Translations under genes and position numbers: made by a program | Assembly (NCBI GenBank): GCA_964645485.1 | Contig: CAZXZO010000001.1 | Location: 2,711 to 66,710 of the forward strand | Direction: 5' to 3' | Source: an uncultured Candidatus Poseidoniales archaeon | Lineage (GTDB): Archaea > Thermoplasmatota > Poseidoniia > Poseidoniales > Thalassarchaeaceae | Length of the DNA stretch: 64,000 nt | Notes under the pieces: model-generated | The model's input: the letters and a program-made list of their open reading frames with translations, nothing else | Told to the model about the DNA's origin: nothing | Databases searched by the model: none | In this document: positions 9,946-19,229 of the stretch, one piece after another | How positions within the stretch are numbered: the stretch's first letter is position 1 | Layout of the letters: every line of letters begins with the position of its first letter

Positions 9946-12053
9946 CTATTGGAATATTTGGGGCGTCGTCCTTCAATGAGAGCCGAAAGCCCTTCATGGG
10001 CATCAGAGGTTGCGAATATGGTTCCCAATCGTTCTAATTCAAGAGCTAAACCTGCTTGTAAGTCATCGCCTGTGTTGACTGCATCGTTGAGTAAACCAGC
10101 AGCCATTTTTACTGCAATTGGGGCTGCAAAGCGTAGCGATTTTACCTGTCTGCTAACATTTTTGTCCTCAGCATCAAATCCTTCAGGAACTCCTCCAGAT
10201 AGAAGAATATCCATATTTTCATCACTGAAGAATTGGTTTGCAAAAGTGGCAACAGGGTGGGTGGAATCTGCGGGTTTCCCAGCATATTTTTCAGCAGGTT
10301 TTCCTGTTTCAGCAATGGAATTAACAGTAGAATCAACCTCACTAGGCTCAACTAGATGGGTCAATAATCCAAGTGCGAAAGCACTGTTATGGTCCATGAA
10401 ATTGCCTGCTAAAACTGCCCAGCGAGCACTCTCAACCCCACATATTCGTGGTGTTCTTTGCGAACCACCTAGACCTGGGTAAATGCCGATGCTAGTTTCT
10501 GGGAAACGGAACTGTGTTCTGCGCGTCCCGATGCGGTAGTCACACGAGAGAGCCAACTCCAACCCTCCTCCAAGAGCGAGACCGGTGGTCATTGCGATGG
10601 TAGTCTTTGGTGAGTTTTCCAATTTGTTCAAAACTTGATGGCCAAATGCGGTGAAATCGTAGATGTCTTGGATTTTGTCGGCGCGAATTTTGTCGACGAA
10701 AAATTTCACATCAGCGCCGGCAACAAATGCCTTACCTGCACCTTCTAGAACAATTGTTGAGATAGAATTGTCAGCGTTGAGAATGTCCAGTGCATCTCCT
10801 AATTGTGATACTACTGTTTCATTCAGAGCATTCATCGCTTCTGGGCGATTAATTTGTATTGTTGCGATGGAATTTTCGGCTGTTACATCGATGTATGAGA
10901 ATTCAAAGGGGGTGCCAGATTCTGCTTGAGATTTCATGAAGTCAGGTAGATTGAAGCCTGCAAGTTCAGCATATTGAGATGCCATAGAGTAAGCCGATTC
11001 AATCCCAAGTTTGTTGGCTAACTCAAATGGGCCTTTTGCCCAGCGCAATCCGACTTTTGCGCCGCGGTCAACATCTTCCATTGAACAGATATCTTCAGCA
11101 ACAATTTGTGCAGAGACAGCAAATACTTGGCCTAGTAAACGTTGAGAAATTATTTTTTCAGCATCTTCTGAGCAGTGTCCTTCCTCAGCGACGTCACCAA
11201 TTACCCACATATTTCCCGCTTCAACCATGTCACGAAGGTTCTGTGCTCCCGTGTATCTTGGGGTTTTGAGTTGTTCCCCAAGATAGTCCGTTGCATGTAG
11301 TGCGATAGGTGGGCCGGTCAAATTCATCAATGCGAATGGGCCCATTCCGATTCGGAATGCTTTGCAAGCGACTGCGTCAATCTGTGCCGTAGTTGCAATT
11401 CCTTCCGCAAGCAAGAGGCACGCTTCATTTAGCCAAGGCACGAAGAAGCGATTGACGACAAAGCCAGGGCGGTCTTTGCAGACGATGACAACTTTTCCGA
11501 GCGTCTTGCAGTATTGCACAACTCGCTCGGTACTTTCGCGGCTGGTTGACTCAGCAGGAATTACTTCTACCAGCCGGTTTTTAGCAGGATGATAAAAGAA
11601 ATGTAAACCGACAAATTTGTCTGGTCTACCTGTTGCCTCCGCCAATTCATTGACTGACAGTGAGGAAGTATTGGACGCTAGAATCGTCTTTTCATCGCAT
11701 ACCTCATCAAGGGTCGTGAAAACCGCGGTTTTGATGTCAAAATCCTCAAAAACAGCCTCGATTACCAAGTCGGTATCTGGTGAAACATTCTCCGTTCCAA
11801 TCACTCCGGTGATTCGGTTTTGAATTGCCTCAACTTGAGCCGGCTTGAAGATGCGACGTTCAACAGCCTCTGAAAGAAAACTAGCAATAGTTTCTTGGCC
11901 GCGCTCAACCCATTGTGCCTCACGGTCCACCATTTGCACATCAAATTCTTCCTGCGCAGTTTTCTGGGCAATGCCGCTCCCCATGTTTCCTGCGCCGATG
12001 ATGGCGACACTCTGAACCGGTTCCATAACTTGCGCGGGCGCGGTACTGAACAT
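9942..12053 (-). CDS. Bifunctional 3-hydroxyacyl-CoA dehydrogenase / enoyl-CoA hydratase fusion. The dehydrogenase is N-terminal and the crotonase C-terminal, which is the archaeal-type domain order.
   Basis: N-terminal Rossmann motif IIGAGNMGSGIAQ plus HADH core. C-terminal crotonase signature (KAFVAGADVKFF ... GGGLELALSCDYR). Confidence 0.8.
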   Translation of the reverse strand: MFSTAPAQVMEPVQSVAIIGAGNMGSGIAQKTAQEEFDVQMVDREAQWVERGQETIASFLSEAVERRIFKPAQVEAIQNRITGVIGTENVSPDTDLVIEAVFEDFDIKTAVFTTLDEVCDEKTILASNTSSLSVNELAEATGRPDKFVGLHFFYHPAKNRLVEVIPAESTSRESTERVVQYCKTLGKVVIVCKDRPGFVVNRFFVPWLNEACLLLAEGIATTAQIDAVACKAFRIGMGPFALMNLTGPPIALHATDYLGEQLKTPRYTGAQNLRDMVEAGNMWVIGDVAEEGHCSEDAEKIISQRLLGQVFAVSAQIVAEDICSMEDVDRGAKVGLRWAKGPFELANKLGIESAYSMASQYAELAGFNLPDFMKSQAESGTPFEFSYIDVTAENSIATIQINRPEAMNALNETVVSQLGDALDILNADNSISTIVLEGAGKAFVAGADVKFFVDKIRADKIQDIYDFTAFGHQVLNKLENSPKTTIAMTTGLALGGGLELALSCDYRIGTRRTQFRFPETSIGIYPGLGGSQRTPRICGVESARWAVLAGNFMDHNSAFALGLLTHLVEPSEVDSTVNSIAETGKPAEKYAGKPADSTHPVATFANQFFSDENMDILLSGGVPEGFDAEDKNVSRQVKSLRFAAPIAVKMAAGLLNDAVNTGDDLQAGLALELERLGTIFATSDAHEGLSALIEGRRPKYSNS

Positions 12054-12065
12054 GAATTAAACGGC

Positions 12066-13508
12066 TTACTTGTCTTTGGAAAATCCGAGGATATCGGCTA
12101 ACCTTGAGGCTTGATTTTGCGGTGTTAGTCCCATTTGCTCAATGTTTTCTTGCCCTTGCTTCGCCCAACTTTCTCGGTTGTTTTGCTCACTTGCTTCTTG
12201 CAATGCTTGGTGCCATGATTTCCAATCACCACGTGGTAACAGTCTGCCGCTGACACCATCTTCTACGGTGTATTGGAATCCACCTTCTGCAACCATCAAT
12301 GCTGGTGTGCCTGCTGCTTGTGCTTCAATAGGGGTGAGCCCAAATGGCTCGTCATAGGCTAAACTGACTACTGCTAGTGCTTCTTGCACAAGTGAAACCA
12401 AATCATCTTGGCTAAGACGGGGTTGAATATCGAGTTTGACTTCTAATTGCTCAGCCCGCTCGCGTAAGCGGGCTAAATCATAGCCATCTCCGCCTCCAAC
12501 TAATGCTAGAGAAATTCCTGTTCCAGCAAGCATTTCGATAGTTTCCCACGTTCCTTTAACGTGTGAGGCAGCACCAATTGTCACCACATATTCACCAATC
12601 GAGGTTGAATCATTTGAACTATGATTTTTCCAAACGGAAAGGTCAACAGTTGGCAGTAGCAATTGTGATTTGATACCATATATTTCCAAAATCCGTTTCT
12701 GAATCCAACTGGAATTACCAGAAATCGAAACATTCTGACTTTTTTCTAAGCGAGATACAAATTTTTGGTCACGGCGCCTTTGTTTGCCTAACAATAGAGA
12801 AGTGAGGAACAAACTTCGTTTTGGAGTTCCTTCAATAGTTCGGTGTAACACATCTTCGTAAAGCCCACGATGAGGTTCAAGGCAATAGTAGTGCATGGGG
12901 ACATGACTTGGCGCTAGGCCGGTGAACTCAAGAGACCCAACTCCACTTGTTACATGAATAGCATCAGAGTTTGTCAATACTTCACGTAGACCAGTAACCT
13001 GTTCAGTCAAATCAAGCATTGAGATCCAATACCGCACTGCTTGACGGCTTGATAGCGCTCTTGCTTCTGCCCAAACGCCGCGCGGAACTGTAAATTGTTT
13101 CACAGGTGTTAGGTAATTGATTCCTAAATCATCAAGTGTTTCACGTGCTTTTTTTGGTAGATTTAGGGTTGCCACTGTAATTTCAAAGTGATGCGACCAT
13201 GCTGGTAAATTGTTCAGCAAGTCGCGCTCTGCCCCGCCGAATTGCTCGAAAGTTCCCTTCACCACCAAAAGGCGGGGCAAGGGTCCCGATGAGTCGCCCA
13301 TGTGCTCTCGTGCGCTTGCCTGTTTAATATCGGCATGGGCTCGCGGGAGCGATGGCGAGGCGAGTTTTGCTTGTTCGCGGTGGCGAGTTGCCTCGCCAAA
13401 GTGGCCTTGGCCGCGCCCATCATGAGTTAGTTGACCGGCTAAAATCCGGGCAGATTCCCGGTTACGAATTAGCAGGTGTAATTGAACACCCAGTGGGTGG
13501 GAATCCAT
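12066..13508 (-). CDS. Glycosyltransferase family 4 (GT-B). The true start is probably the internal ATG near 13301 (MGDSSGPLPRLLVVKG).
   Basis: C-terminal GT4 motif EPFGLTPIEAQAAGTPALM. The N-terminal 69 aa of the maximal ORF are low-complexity and would overlap the divergent neighbour. Confidence 0.7.
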   Translation of the reverse strand: MDSHPLGVQLHLLIRNRESARILAGQLTHDGRGQGHFGEATRHREQAKLASPSLPRAHADIKQASAREHMGDSSGPLPRLLVVKGTFEQFGGAERDLLNNLPAWSHHFEITVATLNLPKKARETLDDLGINYLTPVKQFTVPRGVWAEARALSSRQAVRYWISMLDLTEQVTGLREVLTNSDAIHVTSGVGSLEFTGLAPSHVPMHYYCLEPHRGLYEDVLHRTIEGTPKRSLFLTSLLLGKQRRRDQKFVSRLEKSQNVSISGNSSWIQKRILEIYGIKSQLLLPTVDLSVWKNHSSNDSTSIGEYVVTIGAASHVKGTWETIEMLAGTGISLALVGGGDGYDLARLRERAEQLEVKLDIQPRLSQDDLVSLVQEALAVVSLAYDEPFGLTPIEAQAAGTPALMVAEGGFQYTVEDGVSGRLLPRGDWKSWHQALQEASEQNNRESWAKQGQENIEQMGLTPQNQASRLADILGFSKDK

Positions 13509-14401
13509 TACAGCGCTGGTGGAGGCGACGGCGAGGCCACCCTAATGCGGTTCTTGGAGCCGTCAAGAATTCCATAAGTCAGGGGTCAGCAGATATTGTT
13601 CATATCACTGACCAAGAGCAAGCGCATCTTGTTCCAGATGGACTTGAAGTCGCTTGCAGTGTCACAGTTCACGATTTGTTCCATCTCGTTCCTAGGACTG
13701 TAATTGGGATTGAGGTTGGTGACCATGCACCGGACGGGGCGCGTAAAAAAGACCTGGCACATTTGAGAAACGGGCTAGCGCGGGCTGACTTGTTGATTTC
13801 AATTTCCGAGGCTACTGCACAAGAGTGTAGAGAGTTATGGCCCCAAAAACCGGTAAGTGTTGTACACCACGCAATTGACCGGGAACCTTACCAAATTGAG
13901 GGTGAAATTGGATTGAGGAACTTCGTTTTAATGACCGTTGGAAGCAGTGAGCCGAGAAAGCGTCTAGATTTTATCGATGAGGTGGTTGATGCATTACCTC
14001 AAGATGTTCGAAATGACCTCAATCTTGTCAAAGTCGGCTCACATCTCAAACTCTCTGATGAAGAGTTGATTGCCGCTTACCAACGCGCTGAGGCACTTCT
14101 TTTCCCTTCTTGTGGGGAAGGATTTGGATTGCCAGTGCTTGAAGCGATGGCTGCAGGTTGTACGGTATTGGCAAGTGATTTACCGGCTCACAACGAGGTT
14201 GTTCACCCATCGATGTTACTTCACCCAACCGATAAATCTGCATGGGTGGAAGCAATTTGTGACCTGCATTCAGCGTGGAAAGACAGAGATGAAAAACCAC
14301 CCATGCAAGATGGGTCAGCGAGTAACAGGGCAGCGGAATTCAATATCGAAGCATGGGGTGAAAAAATGGCTGCTGCATGGGATTCAATGGTTGGTGAATG
14401 A
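13352..14401 (+). CDS. Glycosyltransferase family 4 (GT-B), divergent from the previous GT.
   Basis: EGFGLPVLEAMAAGCTVLASDLP motif typical of the GT4 C-terminal domain. Confidence 0.7.
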   Translation: MARRVLLVRGGELPRQSGLGRAHHELVDRLKSGQIPGYELAGVIEHPVGGNPLQRWWRRRRGHPNAVLGAVKNSISQGSADIVHITDQEQAHLVPDGLEVACSVTVHDLFHLVPRTVIGIEVGDHAPDGARKKDLAHLRNGLARADLLISISEATAQECRELWPQKPVSVVHHAIDREPYQIEGEIGLRNFVLMTVGSSEPRKRLDFIDEVVDALPQDVRNDLNLVKVGSHLKLSDEELIAAYQRAEALLFPSCGEGFGLPVLEAMAAGCTVLASDLPAHNEVVHPSMLLHPTDKSAWVEAICDLHSAWKDRDEKPPMQDGSASNRAAEFNIEAWGEKMAAAWDSMVGE

Positions 14402-14419
14402 ATTGGATTTGAATTTCAA

Positions 14420-16057
14420 ATGCTCGAAATAAAATGGAAAAAAATCGCATCATCCCAAATCCTTTGGGTGATAATTGGATTTACAATTGGCTTTGCGGTT
14501 ATTTGGTGGCCGATGTTGAATGGCAGTTCCTTATTCGGCGCGTTATTTCTCTACATTGTCGATAGCATCCAATTTGCAATGTTTGCACGTGGATTCGTAG
14601 GATGGGTTGCTTTCCTAGCAATCATTTTAGTTGGCATGGCAGCAATTACTGGCCGTAATTTACGTTCCAAACCAGCTGAACAGGCATACAAATTATTCAC
14701 ATCATTTGTTATTGGTTGGGGCCTTTCCCGAGCAATAATTTACTTCTTGTTGGACATGGCATTTTTCCGTGGTTCAATTGCTGTAATCCCCTTCATGTTT
14801 GGTTCATTATTGATGGCTGGGGTGGCAGGAAATTTAGCCGTCAACTCATCAAAATCCAAAGTTGATATTACACCAAGTATTGTAGCCCGAAAAATTCCAA
14901 TCCTTTCGGTATTATTGATTTCATTAGTTTTGACTTTACCAAATCTTGTTGCTGTTGCAGGCCTTCTTCCAAGCCCTCCAGAACGACCTTCGAGTGGCTA
15001 TGGTAGTGGGGATTTTCCTTACCAAGTAGAGGAGTTTTTTCTGACCCCAGAGTATCCTGAGAATATGACATCGTGGTGGGATGATTGGGCAAATGAGCAA
15101 GAGTGGAATGTGCATGTCTTTGTGCCAGTGGGATTGACAAGCGAGTCAGTAGGTGTGGCAGTCGTACTACACGGGTATCAGGGGGAAAAAGTGGAATATT
15201 ATCGTGATACGATGTTGTCTCTTGCCGGACAAGGACTAGTTACGATTTTTCCACAATACGTTTCCGATATGGATTTATCATCAATTCCTGAAGACTTTGA
15301 GTTGAATTATTCACTGGGTGGTTCGAACCATCCTCAGCATTTACCTAGATACACGATGGCTCTGTACGGAGTTGATGCAGCCCTCGAATTTATTTCGGAT
15401 GACGCCGATATTCAGGCAGTTCTTGGGGGGACCAAGATAGACACAAACCACTTGTGGATTGGCGGACATAGCATGGGCGCGGGCACTACTTTCTTTGTGG
15501 TTAGTGAATTGCTCGGCAGGGGTTTTGGGAGTCAATCCCTAGTCATTAATTTGGAGGCGCCATGGATTCATGCTTCGCAAGGTGAACTGATTGGAAATAT
15601 GTCGCAGTTACCAGATCATACTCTTGTTCACGTCGTTGAATATGAGACAGATATTGTTGTTGAAAAGTGCATTGGGCGCTGGCAGCATGCTCGCTTACTT
15701 GCTCGGGATGGTATCACCTCTCTGCCGTCTGAGCAAGTACTTTTCTTGCAAGTTTCTACAGATTTCCATGGATTCCCAAGACTAATGGCATCCCATTATT
15801 TGCAATCGGATTTTGTTAGAGATTCTTTGGCAAACAATTCTTATTATCCGCGAATTGAAGCACAAGCAGATTTCGTCGCCTCTTCTGCAGTTGGTGATAT
15901 GGCTTCGGCAGATTCGGCTAAATCATGGTTCATGAATGAAGGAGAAATGACGGATTTAGGAAGTTGGTCCGATGGAACCCCAGTCAAACCAATGATGATT
16001 GTTTCTTCGCCCCTTGAATTGTCGGATGGAGATTGGGATGCTTGTCCTCAACCTTGA
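14420..16057 (+). CDS. Membrane-anchored alpha/beta-hydrolase (lipase/esterase-like).
   Basis: The N-terminal ~190 aa contain 5-6 TM helices. The C-terminal domain has a GHSMG nucleophile elbow (GxSxG). Confidence 0.5.
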   Translation: MLEIKWKKIASSQILWVIIGFTIGFAVIWWPMLNGSSLFGALFLYIVDSIQFAMFARGFVGWVAFLAIILVGMAAITGRNLRSKPAEQAYKLFTSFVIGWGLSRAIIYFLLDMAFFRGSIAVIPFMFGSLLMAGVAGNLAVNSSKSKVDITPSIVARKIPILSVLLISLVLTLPNLVAVAGLLPSPPERPSSGYGSGDFPYQVEEFFLTPEYPENMTSWWDDWANEQEWNVHVFVPVGLTSESVGVAVVLHGYQGEKVEYYRDTMLSLAGQGLVTIFPQYVSDMDLSSIPEDFELNYSLGGSNHPQHLPRYTMALYGVDAALEFISDDADIQAVLGGTKIDTNHLWIGGHSMGAGTTFFVVSELLGRGFGSQSLVINLEAPWIHASQGELIGNMSQLPDHTLVHVVEYETDIVVEKCIGRWQHARLLARDGITSLPSEQVLFLQVSTDFHGFPRLMASHYLQSDFVRDSLANNSYYPRIEAQADFVASSAVGDMASADSAKSWFMNEGEMTDLGSWSDGTPVKPMMIVSSPLELSDGDWDACPQP

Positions 16058-16067
16058 GCCATTTCAA

Positions 16068-16173
16068 GCGAGAGGAAGTTCGTAATTTTGTGGTGGAGCG
16101 ATTCCTAAATCGTCTGGAATTCAAATCATTGGAAGTTTGTAATTTTGTGGTGGAGCAATCCCTAAATCATCAG
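16068..16173. repeat. Tandem duplication (~53-bp period) of the last ~50 bp of taw1, including its stop codon.
   Basis: 'gaagttcgtaattttgtggtggagcgattcctaaatcgtc' occurs downstream of the stop. 'gaagtttgtaattttgtggtggagcaatccctaaatcatc' is the gene's own 3' end. Confidence 0.6.
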
Positions 16174-17245
16174 GGATTTGCCGAGTAGCAATGGGCAAGG
16201 TTACAGGAATAATTTCCTTACCAATCAGCGCTACTCGACTCTCGCGCCGGTCGGATAGAACTTCTCTGCCAACTAGAGGAGCAAGAGTGTTTGAGAACTC
16301 CATGATATCATCGTGAGAAGGCATGTTGTCAATCGTGTGATTGTTTTGGGAATGTCCAACATGGACGTATCCCTTTGCCTCTATCCAGTCAGGGTCTGCC
16401 AAATTATCAAGTCTGGCATAATCATCGTGATGACCTAGAGATTCACCTTTCAAGAGCGTATGGCGACACACAGTTCGGGTGTCCAAAGAGGGGAGCAGTG
16501 CGAGGGTTTGCTCAAGTTTTTCCCAGGCATTATCGTTGAACTTTGGTTTACAGAGTTTGTTGAAAAGTTGTTTATTCGGGGCATCAACACTGATGTAAAG
16601 TTGGGTTGGGAGGGTGTCAAGATTTTCAATTACTTTTGGCAATGAACCATTTGTTACGAGGAAAGTTGAGACACCGTGGTCGTGACAGATTTCAAGAAAT
16701 TCAGCGAGCCGAGAATACAGTGTTGGCTCACCGTTGAGAGAGATTGCAACGTGTTTCGGGTTTTGTGCGGCTTCCCATTTTTCAAATGGTACATCTTTGT
16801 GACCTTTGAATCCGGTTAGGAGTCTTCTGTGACCTCGAACACTTTCATAGAAAAGATGCTCAGGGTCGTCATCAACTTTGTTCAAAGTTTCTGAATGAGG
16901 TTCTCTCCAGCAGTAGGTGCAGGCGAGATTACAGGTGTCAACATTTGGTGCCATCTGCATGCATCCAGAAGATTCAATTCCGTAGAATGTGCCTTTGTAG
17001 CAATGTCGGTCATTCTTGAGGTCTTCTTTAGTCCAGTGGCAAACTTTGACACCACCGTGTTCTCCAACAAGTTGGTAAGATTGTTTGGCTAGTTTCACAG
17101 CAATTTCAGGTTCGATTTTGCTTTCACTAGTATAGGTAGTGACAGGGCTTCCTTGGGCTGGCATCGCGAATACCTCCAACAAAAACAGATTCCACAGCGG
17201 GATTGTGTCAGTAGTAAAGCGGGCGAGTAGCCTATCAGACTTCAA
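16121..17245 (-). CDS. taw1: tRNA 4-demethylwyosine synthase (radical SAM, Taw1/Tyw1 family). Likely start at MPAQGS (~17164).
   Basis: Radical-SAM cluster CNLACTYCWRE plus an upstream Cys pair (VCHW...HCYKGTFYGIES). KHVAISLNGEPTLY matches the Tyw1/Taw1 core. Confidence 0.75.
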   Translation of the reverse strand: MKSDRLLARFTTDTIPLWNLFLLEVFAMPAQGSPVTTYTSESKIEPEIAVKLAKQSYQLVGEHGGVKVCHWTKEDLKNDRHCYKGTFYGIESSGCMQMAPNVDTCNLACTYCWREPHSETLNKVDDDPEHLFYESVRGHRRLLTGFKGHKDVPFEKWEAAQNPKHVAISLNGEPTLYSRLAEFLEICHDHGVSTFLVTNGSLPKVIENLDTLPTQLYISVDAPNKQLFNKLCKPKFNDNAWEKLEQTLALLPSLDTRTVCRHTLLKGESLGHHDDYARLDNLADPDWIEAKGYVHVGHSQNNHTIDNMPSHDDIMEFSNTLAPLVGREVLSDRRESRVALIGKEIIPVTLPIATRQIPDDLGIAPPQNYKLPMI

Positions 17246-17283
17246 CCCGCCGATTAGCAGAGAAACTTCTCCTCAAAATCTTG

Positions 17284-17679
17284 TTATGGTTTAATCCCGA
17301 GAACTTTAACACCATCAATTCCGATAAAATCACGGTCCTTAGTAATCAACGTTTGACCTGTTCTAATACTCACTGCTAGCATGACAGCATCAGCAAGAGA
17401 GAATTTGGTTCGACCTTCTTGGCGGCATTGCCATTTAATTTTCCCACTTTCGATGAGGTCGTCTTTAGTCAGGGAAATCTTGGTTACGAATAATTCTACT
17501 TCAGTAAATGAAATATTAGGGTCACGATTATTTTTTACTGTAACATCTGAAATTTCTGCTAGTTGGTGTTGAGTAATGTACGCATTTTCACCCGATTCAA
17601 TCAATAATTTAGTTAATTCAGTACTGACCGGTTCACGTTCCCAAATAAAATCTAAGACGATACTAGTATCAAGGATCAT
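17284..17679 (-). CDS. vapC: PIN-domain toxin (VapC-like).
   Basis: MILDTSIVLDF N-terminal acidic residue plus LADAV and ITKDRDF motifs. It overlaps the upstream antitoxin gene by 4 nt. Confidence 0.7.
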   Translation of the reverse strand: MILDTSIVLDFIWEREPVSTELTKLLIESGENAYITQHQLAEISDVTVKNNRDPNISFTEVELFVTKISLTKDDLIESGKIKWQCRQEGRTKFSLADAVMLAVSIRTGQTLITKDRDFIGIDGVKVLGIKP

Positions 17680-17981
17680 TCCTTATCCACTCCATATTCT
17701 GATTTATCAGATTCCTCAAAATCGTCAGTATCGTAATCCCATTGTTCGTGCTCACCGTACAGCCTTTTGAGGGAACCTCTTGCTGATAAAATCCGTTGAA
17801 TTCGTTTTGCTTCAAGTAAATCGGCCACATTGATTTCAATTATTATTTCATCACCTTTCTTTATTCCAGCATTTGCTAGTATTTTTTTGGGCAGAATTAT
17901 TCCGAGCGAATTTCCAATCGCTCGAACCTTCGCTTTTATTGTTGATTTTTCAGACGCCTGATTTTGCTCAATAGTTTGCAT
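17676..17981 (-). CDS. vapB: AbrB/MazE/SpoVT-type antitoxin (VapB-like).
   Basis: Swapped-hairpin motif AKVRAIGNSLGIILPKKILANAGIKKGDEIIIE. Acidic C-terminal tail. 4-nt overlap with the PIN gene. Confidence 0.65.
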   Translation of the reverse strand: MQTIEQNQASEKSTIKAKVRAIGNSLGIILPKKILANAGIKKGDEIIIEINVADLLEAKRIQRILSARGSLKRLYGEHEQWDYDTDDFEESDKSEYGVDKE

Positions 17982-18126
17982 GTATTATGCTATTTGTTGA
18001 CACTATTTAAGATATTATGTTATAACATTGCTTGGTAATAATGAAAAATCAGAACATAAATAATCAAGAAAATTGGAATCCAAAACGTCAGAATTTGAGC
18101 CGATTGGGTAAAATTCAACATGAAAA

Positions 18127-18984
18127 TTAGGCAAAATTTCCAGACTGATAATCAATAAATGCTTGCTGGATTTCAGCCTCCGTATTCATCACGAATGGAC
18201 CATATCTTGCTATCGGCTCGTTCAGTGGTTGGCCTGCTAATAGCAGTAATTCGGCACCTTCAACGGCATCTTTTGTAACAGAAAATGTGATTTCATCGCC
18301 ATCAGTCAAAATTGCCATCTCTCCGTCATTTACCTCTTGTCCATCCTTCCCCCCGCCAACATTGAGAGCCCCACCAAAACAGAAGACAAGTCCGGTCAAC
18401 CCTTGAGATAGGGATTGTGTGAGTGAACCTCCCGGAAGAATAGAAATGTGTAGGTAAGTGATAGGGATAACCGTATCAATAACCGCAGAAACACCCAAAC
18501 TTTCACCGGCGACAACCACCACTTTGACTAAACCGTCCTCCGATTTTCCGACAGGAATTTCTCGGGCTGGTACATCTTGGTATCGAGGTTGCATCATTTT
18601 CTTTTCACTGGGTAAATTTACCCAAATTTGGAATCCATGCATAATGCCGCCGGATTCTAGAAAGTCGTCTGGCGGCATTTCAGAGTGAATAACTCCGCGT
18701 CCAGCAGTCATCCATTGCACGTCTCCTGGTTGCATCAGACTTGAATTACCAGCCGAATCCTCATGCAAGATTTTGCCCTCCAACAGATAAGTTACGGTCT
18801 CAAAACCTCGGTGTGGGTGAGAGGGTGCGCCGATTGCTTCACCGGGTGGCCAGTCGATTGGGCCCATCTCGTCGATGAGAAGAAACGGGTCGGTTAATTT
18901 TCCAAGAGCTGCTGGCCTGCGGACAGGAAAACCTCCACCTTCTAGGAGCCTGTGTGTGGGGATAATCTGGGCAACTTTTCTCAT
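18127..18984 (-). CDS. Pirin-family cupin protein.
   Basis: HPHRGFETVTYLLEGK metal-binding motif and bicupin length. Confidence 0.8.
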   Translation of the reverse strand: MRKVAQIIPTHRLLEGGGFPVRRPAALGKLTDPFLLIDEMGPIDWPPGEAIGAPSHPHRGFETVTYLLEGKILHEDSAGNSSLMQPGDVQWMTAGRGVIHSEMPPDDFLESGGIMHGFQIWVNLPSEKKMMQPRYQDVPAREIPVGKSEDGLVKVVVVAGESLGVSAVIDTVIPITYLHISILPGGSLTQSLSQGLTGLVFCFGGALNVGGGKDGQEVNDGEMAILTDGDEITFSVTKDAVEGAELLLLAGQPLNEPIARYGPFVMNTEAEIQQAFIDYQSGNFA

Positions 18985-19229
18985 GTTAAAATCGCCTTGG
19001 GTTGCAGATTATTTAATGCTTTTATACAACAATTGGGATGTAATTGGAAATTTTTTTTGACTTGGTTCCAGGCGATTTCTCATCTGAAAATGTGGCTTTT
19101 ATATTCCAAATAGCGGACATTGGTTATATTTTCCATTCAAGAAAATTGAAAATGTGGTGCAAATTTTTCACCTTGCTTTTGTCAACGTAACTGCACTCTA
19201 TATTACACCGGTCTATTTCGCCCGGCTTA

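Noticed and set aside
9793-10482. 229-aa + strand ORF
   Set aside because: It lies entirely antisense within the well-supported HADH-ECH gene. It has low-complexity Leu/Ser/Arg-rich composition typical of shadow ORFs.
12066-13508. Full-length 480-aa reading of the GT4 gene
   Set aside because: The N-terminal 69 aa are Arg/His-rich low complexity and overlap the divergent GT gene and its promoter. The internal ATG at ~13301 gives a canonical GT4 N-terminus.
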